DNA of 58,361 nt, taken from assembly GCA_002269645.1 (NCBI GenBank), contig NIVC01004143.1, positions 1 to 58,361 of the forward strand, read 5' to 3'. Shown one piece after another: positions 50,560 to 58,361 of this stretch (positions within the stretch are counted from its first letter, which is position 1; the number at the start of each line of letters is the position of its first letter). The notes below the pieces were generated by a model, which searched no databases, had not been told where the DNA came from, and worked only from the letters and a program-made list of their open reading frames with translations. This DNA comes from Macrostomum lignano (Eukaryota). A program made the translations under genes and the position numbers.

Positions 50560-51085
50560 GCGACCCCGAGCTAGTAGTCTGTCAAATTTACTATTCAGTG
50601 ATGGGACCGTTTTGTCACATGTTTCCCTTGAGTTCATGAATCTTACCGCATGGGAGAAATCGTTCGATGTATTGATGGTTTTTTTTCAACTTTCTTATTC
50701 AGTTTTTAAGTAACTAAGTAAATGCACGACATTTACAGATGAAGTACTTCGTCTTCGTCTCAACACTGGAGAAGCAGAATGTGCATTCCTTACTGAAGGT
50801 AGCGATGTCTGGCAAAACAGCCATGGCCTGAGAGGTCCATGGTCACCGCCCTGATGTCCCTGCGGTTGAATCCAAACAGGGCCCTGCGCAGGACGGAGGA
50901 AAGACAGGGAACAGCCGCGCGGGTTTTCCGGCAGTCGGGGACGCTAGCCCACCTCTCCCTGTGCTTGGATGCCACCCACTGGTTAATTTGAGTGGGGACA
51001 ATGATGGTGGGGGTGGGGTCCACGGGCAGAGGGGACCAGTAAATGACCCGGTCGAGCCAGCCTTGGGTGGCCAGAGTGCCCGAGG
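50560..51085 (-). mobile_element. Degenerate LINE ORF2 C-terminal fragment (R1/LOA-like)
   Basis: Frameshifted translation [11 protein letters not shown]..., [37 protein letters not shown], then ECTFC...E...YFIC.C (decayed CCHC). Confidence 0.7.
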
Positions 51086-51406
51086 ATCCACCTTAATGAC
51101 ACCTGTACTTATAGTAAGTAGTCTTATGTTCATTAAGTTGGCGCTTCAATAACTGAGTAAACTGTCTGAAAAAGCTTGTTATTAGTGAGAACTAGCAAAC
51201 GGACCAACCAAATCGACCCACAGTTCCTATGCGCATTAAAGAGCTCATAGCCAATCAGAATGCATTCTGTACTAATTCACTACGTATATATCTATCCTAG
51301 AAAGGAATGAGCCTCAGAGTGCATGCATACCAGCTCTTGGTCTATTGGCACACAGAATTCTATAAGCGTCTTATCGGTCATCTTAGCTACTTACCGAACA
51401 CCCCGT

Positions 51407-54400
51407 ATGACGTCGACACCGCCGCCGACAATGTCAGACGAAGCCGCAGCCTCAGAGTCTGCCGTCTCCGCCGTATCAGCCGAGGCCGCAGCCGTGGCCT
51501 CGGCGCTTCAGTCGCTCGGACTGCCGTCGCTGCTGCTGCGCCTCTTGCGCTCGATGTCTACCCGTCGTAGGCACCGGCTGAGGTGGCGAGTTCGAGCCGA
51601 GCCAGACGGCGGCGTCAAGCTCGAGCTCGAGTGGCCGGCGGCCCCAGTTGCGCCGGTCTCGCGACGTCGTCAATTCAATCGAGGCAGCAGTCGTCGGCAG
51701 AGGCAGATTAGGGAGGGTGCGGCTGGAGCTGCGGCAACTGCTGGCAGCTTCTCGGACAATGGCATGCGCAGGTATGCGGAGCCGCATGAGTTTCATATCA
51801 GTCCTCTCGTACCGCAGCACAATAAAATTTGGTGCAGGCAGTGTTAGCGTCTTCCCGATCTGCTGCCCCTACCGGAACCTCCCAGCGCCAAAATAAAAAT
51901 TGCAAAGCTGCTAGTACCCGTGCGCAAGATTTTTATCGGCAGAACATGCGAGTCAATGCAGTTGCTTCCTATTGATGCTTAGCGACGGCGCACAATTAAC
52001 TTTTCGGGTTGCTCATATAGTAGGGCACTTCATGGGAATATTGTGCATGGTGTGTCTGAGATTGCATCTACTATTTATAATAAGTAAATAGCCGGCCCAC
52101 ACTCAATATTTACGTTCTTATGCATTCCACTGGACGGGGCCGTAGCTTAGTGGTCCTATGTGCCAGCGGCCCAGGCTCGACTCCAAGTGTAGTCAACATA
52201 AATTTAGGGCTAAATTGGAATCTCTGCTTGGCTCTGCTCGCGCAATTAACGGTCCTGAGAGCCAACCCTCAGGGCACAGTGAAATGTACATGCCTAACGA
52301 TAAATAAAGTACACTCTTGTGTGAGAGTGTGCCTGCTCAGGGGAGCAATGCCTCTCGCCGGTTGTGTGACAATGTCACTTTAAATGCGCCAGGGTCCACA
52401 GGGGCCCGTGCTATAGAATACTCTTAACTCCTAAATCCTTAAGAGTGTCCTAACTCCTAGCTCCTAAGCTGGCTTTTCTGTGCTATAGAATCAAGAGTAA
52501 ACTTTAAGAGCTAGGAGGCTCCTTAAGGACGTTAGGAGACTCCTGGGTGAATTTAGGAGAACTCATTAAGGTCCGCTGCATGCTATAGAATTAGGAGAGG
52601 AAGTCTAGGAGCTAGGAGTTGGCTTTTAGGAGTGATTCTAGGAACGCGTGTCCTATAGAATGAGAAAATTTCGCTCCTAACTCTTAACTCCTAAGCAAGA
52701 GTTCAAGGGCCAATTTTCACTCTTAGACAAGCTAGGATTCTAATGTTTTCGGACAGCGAATCGGATTCTGATGAGGAAGGAGTCAATGATAAACAAATGA
52801 TATTTTTTGAGCAATTTGCATTTTCACTCCTGAGATTCAATCCTTAAGGAGCGTAAAGTTAGGATTGTGATATAGCACACAATTCTCTATCATCCTTAAA
52901 CGATTGCGCAACACTCCTTGAACACACCCCCACTCCTAGGCTGCACTCCTTGCAAGAACTCCTAGCTCCTAACTCTTAACTCCTGAAATCTATAGCGCAC
53001 AAAATTCAATCACTCCTTGTCAAGAGTACTCTTGAGTCCTAGCTCCTAACTCCTAACTGCTGATTCTATAGTACGGGCCCCTGAGCCCCTGCCTTTAAGA
53101 AAAACCTACCTCACTGGAGCCTCTAAATCATACTCTACACATTTCAAGTTGTGTCAAAATATCTTCACCACCCATTACCGATGCCCGCCAATTCTAATTC
53201 AGGCCGAACAGCAACAGCTACAGCAACAAATCAACGCAAACTCCTTTAGCTTGGCTTCACTGTCACGGCTGCTGCTGCCTGCAACTACCCGGCGTTCATC
53301 ACTACAGTGAACAGCAGCAGCAGCAGCTGCACTGTAATGCAGAACGGAGAGACATGCCGCTAGAAGCTCTCACATTCAAACGCAGCCGCTCCGTGGAATG
53401 CGACTTAAGAGCTTCGTTGAGTCCGGGAGAGCAGTCACCGCAGATGCTGTCCCACCTGCAGCATCAGCCGCCGCCGCCGCCACCAACTTCAGCTACGTTG
53501 TCTTCGCAGGCCTCTTGCACTTTCGCCTCATCAAGCTGTTATCGCGAAGCCGCCATGGCTGCTGCTACTGCCGCAGCCGCAGCAGCCGCGGCCGCCGCGG
53601 CCAACGCCGTATCGTCCGTGACTTCACCGACACAGCCGCGTCGATCCGTCACCTTCCACGGCGGCTCAAGAAACTGTCAACAGCAGCATCACCACCATCA
53701 TCATCACAATCAGAACCAGCATCAGCAGGTTCTTCAACAGTGTCAGCATCAGTTGCTGTGCCAGCATCAGCATCGATGCCCATTCGATAACGACTGCAGC
53801 TACGCTGACAGAAGCGGAGGCCGAGCTCGCAGTCGAAGCAGCAGTGGCGGCGGTTTTGGAGCACGTTTGCTGCGCGAAGTTCGGTCTCGCGTAGGCGCGG
53901 CCGCTGCCGCCGGCCGACGCACTGGAGCCACAGTGGTGAGCGGCAAGTACTTTCGCAGCCTCTCCTACTGGTGCGGCAGCGGCGGTATCGGCGGCAGCGG
54001 CGGCAGAAGACGCGGCGGCCATCGCAGCGGCGTGAGCGGCAGCGAAGACGATGATGAGGCCGATATGAACAATTTCGGGCCGCCGCTGAGTGCATTCACT
54101 GAAGTCCGCAAGCCGGAGCCGCCAAGGAAGCCAGCTCGGCACCCGGTGATGGCGTCACCGCCACCACCACCGCCGCCGCCAATGTCGCATCGTCGGCCTC
54201 CGATGATGTCGACGACCCACCGGCCTCGAAGCTTGGACCAGGCCTTCCAAGAGGACAACCAGCTGATGCAGCCTCCTGTGCCGATGCCGCCGCCGCCGCC
54301 GCTGCCACAGCGACCGAAAGCTCGTACGCTGAACCATTGGGACTACATCAGTGGCGGCGGTAGCGGCAATGGCGGTGGAGGCAGCGGAACCGGTGGCAGT

Positions 54401-54436
54401 GGAAGTGGCACCGGCGGTCATATGACCTTTGTCTGA
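51407..54436 (+). CDS. Two-exon gene of unknown function (~532 aa), largely low-complexity, with KSTQT and C-terminal MTFV motifs
   Basis: Exon 1 51407-51771 ends at AG|GTATGC in phase 2. Exon 2 53203-54436 starts after TTCTAATTCAG in phase 2 and is bounded upstream by an in-frame TAA. Total 1599 nt, open. CCAAT and TATA-like sequences lie ~120-150 bp upstream. The splice join is inferred. Confidence 0.65.
52136..52316 (+). mobile_element. tRNA-derived SINE
   Basis: Starts GGGGCCGTAGCTTAGTGGT (A box) with GGCTCGACTCC (B-box-like) and ends ATAAATAAAG. Its 3' part resembles 49010-49066. Confidence 0.65.
52399..53083. mobile_element. 685-bp MITE, probably PIF/Harbinger-like
   Basis: TIR CAGGGGCCCGT(G/A)CTATAGAAT at both ends. 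Many internal ACTCCTA/TAGGAG and CTATAGAAT subterminal motifs in inverted orientation. The TSD is ambiguous (CAG/CTG). Confidence 0.8.
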
Positions 54437-56641
54437 TCCCAATTCATCTGATCGCTTGGCTAGCTGCATTCCTAGTTTTTTGGTTGGGGCAGGGGGTTTT
54501 GTCACTCAAAAGACGATTTTAATCGACTTAAAGCGACTCTACGAGCTTGTCTACGACACAAATTTATTTTCTTTCACTATAAGCGCCGTTAAGACATGCA
54601 CTATTTTTTTCTTTGACAAACATTGTTAGTTGTAAGTCAGCTTTGTTCGTTCTGCTACTCGTGTCGAATCGTTTCCTAATTTTTTCTCTGCTTTTGTTTT
54701 CCTTCGCCTTCCTTATAGACAAACAGCTTTGGGCATTATTATGGCTATGCAGAAGTTGAAGAATACGAGAAACAACAAAAAGGACTATGGATTATGGGAC
54801 TCAATTGCATCCATCGCTGACTTTGATTCGGCTTAGCGGAGCGCATTTATGACTTAGTGAACGGTTGGTCATGGTTTCCATGTGATTGGTTTATAGTTGG
54901 TCAAAAGTTAGCCAACCGATATCGTTCGGGTGTTTTTGCTTCTTCTGTAGTTCTAACATAATGTGAGAATTGCGTAGATTATCAAGAGTTCAGGGTACCG
55001 CAATTTAGACCTTTGAAGTTGCATGCATAAGAGACTTGCAATAACTGTAAACGGCTAGTATAGAGTCAATCAAAGATTTCATTGAGACTCTTATTTGGAG
55101 TGTGATGTTTTTAGGCTGGTAAAAATGAGTTTTTTAACATCGCCCTTTACTTCGACTACCTCCGACTGCATGACTAATTTCCTTTGCTCCGCTTTTGAGT
55201 GAATTTTTGTGTAGCATCAGTTGGGCAGGGGACTGACTGACAGACGGCTACGTAAGTTATTGATTTAGTAAACTTTTCTCCCAGTGTTAAATCTCTATTT
55301 GCCAGTCCGCAACAGTAAACCAGCTCGCACTGATAATCAGACTGCAAATCAGTGCTGGACGTCGCTTCTAAAATGGCATCGATTTTCTTATTTGGCTACC
55401 ATGCAGTCTATCAGAGCTTTCAGCCGTAGCTATATCTCCTGTATATCGCCTCAGGCCATGCCCCGAAATTCCGCATGTCACTCATCCGAGAGCTTCCCAC
55501 ACTCCCTCTGAAGCAAAGCGCTTTTTAAACTGCATGGCTCCAACGCCAACAGCTCTTGTACATGTACGCCCGCGACGCCTTCACTGCGTGATGAAAAGTC
55601 CAATTAACGCCACGGTTTCTCCACGGATTCCCTTGCTTCGGACGAGCAGAAATTCTGCTGAGGGGGATGGGTCAGCTGGAGTGGGAGATTCGGCTGACAG
55701 ATAGTTCAAGTGTAAAACGTATGCAACACACGCGGTAGCTTAGTGTTGACGGGCAGTTTCTGTCAGTGAATGGCTTAGTTGATGTGCTGACAGAAAAAAG
55801 TATAGAATTGTTTAGACTTGATCGGTTAGTTCAAGTATAAAGTCCTAAAGCTATTAAACAAGAAAAGCGCGAAAACACGACTGCATGGAAGTGAATTTAA
55901 ATTAAAAGACTTATTTTAATATTTTTATATCAGCAGTAACAGTTTTTCGAACAAGAACAGATCTACTTATTTGATATAGTATCTTTCTTATATTGTTTTT
56001 ATTACTCGACAGGTGCATATATAATAACGAGAGAGTTAAGAAACTATTTAAAGTTTTGTCAACAATATCTCTGTAGAAAGTGCTAAGATTAAAGTGAAAC
56101 AATTAAACAAAGTTAATTTGCAAGTAACGCCTCAATTGGTCACGCTCAGTCAGAAAAGAGCTTATAAGTAGTAAGAATAGAGGTAAAAAGCTTACAATGT
56201 CCCAGAAAAGTATGGGAGTGTGACTAGAAGGTATAATATTGCACTTGGACACAGGATAATTCAATTTTTTGAGACAACGCTTAGAAGTTCGTTACATTTT
56301 TGCACTTTCTCTTTTTTTCAGGCCATCTGTTTCCTGTAAAATCAATTAAAAGTTTAGCGAAAAATTCCTAAATCTATTCTGTTTAATTTTTTGTTTGTTT
56401 ATAGACTTCGTTCTTTCGATTTGTCCATCTAAAGTTTTGTACATAAATAAATTTTTTTCTAATCACATACTCCAAATTCAACCACAAGAATAGATACGAC
56501 GTAGAAAACAAAGAGAAGTATGTGCGGGTAATAAATGTTTGGTGCACTATAAAATAATAATAAAATAGTAAACAATGACTTATATAATAGTTTTTAAATA
56601 TCACGACGTATTTGACGGCTGTAAAAGTTGTTCGAACTTCG

Positions 56642-58361
56642 TCACATAACATCGCACAACAGAGCCACGCCTCGAATGACCCAATGATCGGCTGGCTGGC
56701 TTGTCCTCAGTTTGATGGCGGCCACGTACGTTAGGTCCGTGCGCCGCGGCTTCTTATAGATCGGGCACACGTACAGCTTCTCATCCTTAGTAGGCCCGTT
56801 GATGGCGTAGATGTGCACCACCGGTAACTGCTCGTTGAGAATCTTCGCCCGAGCCTCAGTCAGGCGGTTGTTCCTGCGGTCCCAGCCGGCGCCCTCGAGG
56901 AACAGACCGTGGACGTAGACGCCCTCAGTCGGTGGACTGTGCACGTCGGCTAGAAGCATTTTAGTGACATCGTTGTGCAGCAGGACGCTGTCCAGAGCCC
57001 AGCCCTTGTGGGCCCGCGTCACCTCCTGGCGCATGGCGGTCAGGAAGCCCTGCGGGTTGAAGAAGCCGGTCATCCAGAAGCAGTTGGGCCGGCCGCCGAA
57101 CACCCAGGTGTGGAATTGCTGGTTCCGGTTGATCAGCTCGGTGAACCAGAAGCCGAGGGCTGACGAGTCCCAGGAGATCTTGCTCCACACCTGCGGTATC
57201 TTGGCGTCGTACATGGAGTCCAGAGCGTCGCGCAGATTCTCATTCATGATGATGGTGCCGTCGATGGCCAGTTTGAGGTCGGTGAGCGTGGTCCTCACTG
57301 CCGAGATGACGCGCTGCATGCGATCCACCTCCTGTCTGAGGAAGATGTTCATCGGTTGTAGCGGGCCCATCTTTTGCAATCTTTCGCGCACTTCGAACGG
57401 CACGTAGTCACCGGGCAGCTTCTCCAGCAGGTCCTCGGCCTGCTTGTACACCACCGACTCGCGCGTCTCGCCGGAGCCTCCGCCGGAATCCTTCGGCTGG
57501 ATGCTGAGGATGCAGTCCAGGATGGTCTTGGTGGTGCGGCCCTGGTAGCTGATGTCAGCGTTGGCGTGCAGACCGAACACCTGCGGTGTGTCGTAGCCAG
57601 GCAGGTTCTGGATGTACTCGATGTATTCGTTCAACCTAGCAAACTTCGGTATGCTGTAGCCCTTGTAGAACTCGAAAGTTGGCTCAAACATTTTCTCAGA
57701 GAACCAGACCTTGCAAAACGTGTTTAGCAAGACCTTGTCGTAGTCATCCGTCACCCTGCCACCATACTGGATCTCGCTAAGCATGTATCTCACGGTGTTC
57801 CAGTTCACGCCCTTCTTCAGGTCCATGTCGTCCAGGTGGTTCTGCACAAACTGGATGCTGGCGTTCAAATCGGCGGTGTTGAACTCGTAGGGGATGTTCC
57901 AGCCGATGGGGCCGAACTTCCTGCGTTCCTGGACTACCGTGTGCAGGAAGGCAACGCCGTAGAGCATCGGGCGCCACTGCGGCATGTTGCTGATGTCCAG
58001 GAAGTCCTGCGTGAAGCTCGTGAAGGTTCGCTTTAGACCCGCCTTCACGCCCTGGGGTGGCTCGTTTGTAAACTGATGGACTGCTGGAGGAAGGAAATCG
58101 GAAACTTGGGGTGCACCTCGCAGGTGACCCACAAGCTAAAGTCTTCGTGCACTGTCTCGGCTTCAACTAGTTGATCCATCACTTCCATGAGGTAATCCAG
58201 GGATAAATGACAGTTCTGAAGTAGAACCCAGCCTCCATTCTGCAGGCTATTAGACATGAGCCGTCTAGCATGTATCTCCTGTCCCTGGCCCATAGAGATG
58301 GCCTTGCACTCCTTTTTGTGCTTCTTGGCAGCAGTTCAATGCTCGTAGTGGGGTCCGAACC
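56642..58361 (-). CDS. DNAH5: Axonemal dynein heavy chain, outer-arm gamma type (DNAH5/DNAH8-like), AAA6 and C-terminal domain; continues beyond the window
   Basis: [56 protein letters not shown] and terminal [14 protein letters not shown]...[12 protein letters not shown]. Apparent 1-bp deletions at ~58074 and ~58329. DNAH5 and DNAH8 cannot be distinguished here. Confidence 0.93.

Noticed and set aside
52420-53060. TTAGGAG motifs as telomere-like repeats
   Set aside because: They are not tandem TTAGGG. They are subterminal motifs inside a TIR-bounded MITE.

Overview
Eukaryotic (metazoan) genomic DNA with spliceosomal introns, some very short, and many repeats. The composition and minisatellite-filled introns resemble a free-living flatworm such as Macrostomum, which is inference only. 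The first ~24 kb hold a cluster of four paralogous genes for type-I membrane receptors, reconstructed here by hand from splice sites and exon phases. Their layout is signal peptide, then a discoidin/F5-8-type-C-like domain, then either an Ig domain or a Cys-rich domain, then a TM helix and a cytoplasmic tail. Two copies (A 3540-7413 and B 10504-13835) give complete open spliced models and share a tail exon with a paired ITIM-like and ITSM-like (TEYLxI) motif. Copy C is broken by an intact long-TIR mariner inserted in a coding exon plus a 5-bp deletion. Copy D is a partial, inverted copy. The rest of the window holds a TTAA-flanked foldback transposon family, a Bel/Pao LTR element (matching LTRs, internal deletion), LINE, SINE and MITE remnants, and several tandem arrays. 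It also holds EMC2 (one intron almost entirely a 21-bp repeat containing splice-site-like sequence), a two-exon gene of unknown function with TQT and PDZ-binding motifs, and the 3' end of an axonemal dynein heavy chain (DNAH5/8-like). Several single-base deletions in short homopolymers suggest assembly errors. No database searches were possible, so domain calls come from motif recognition.
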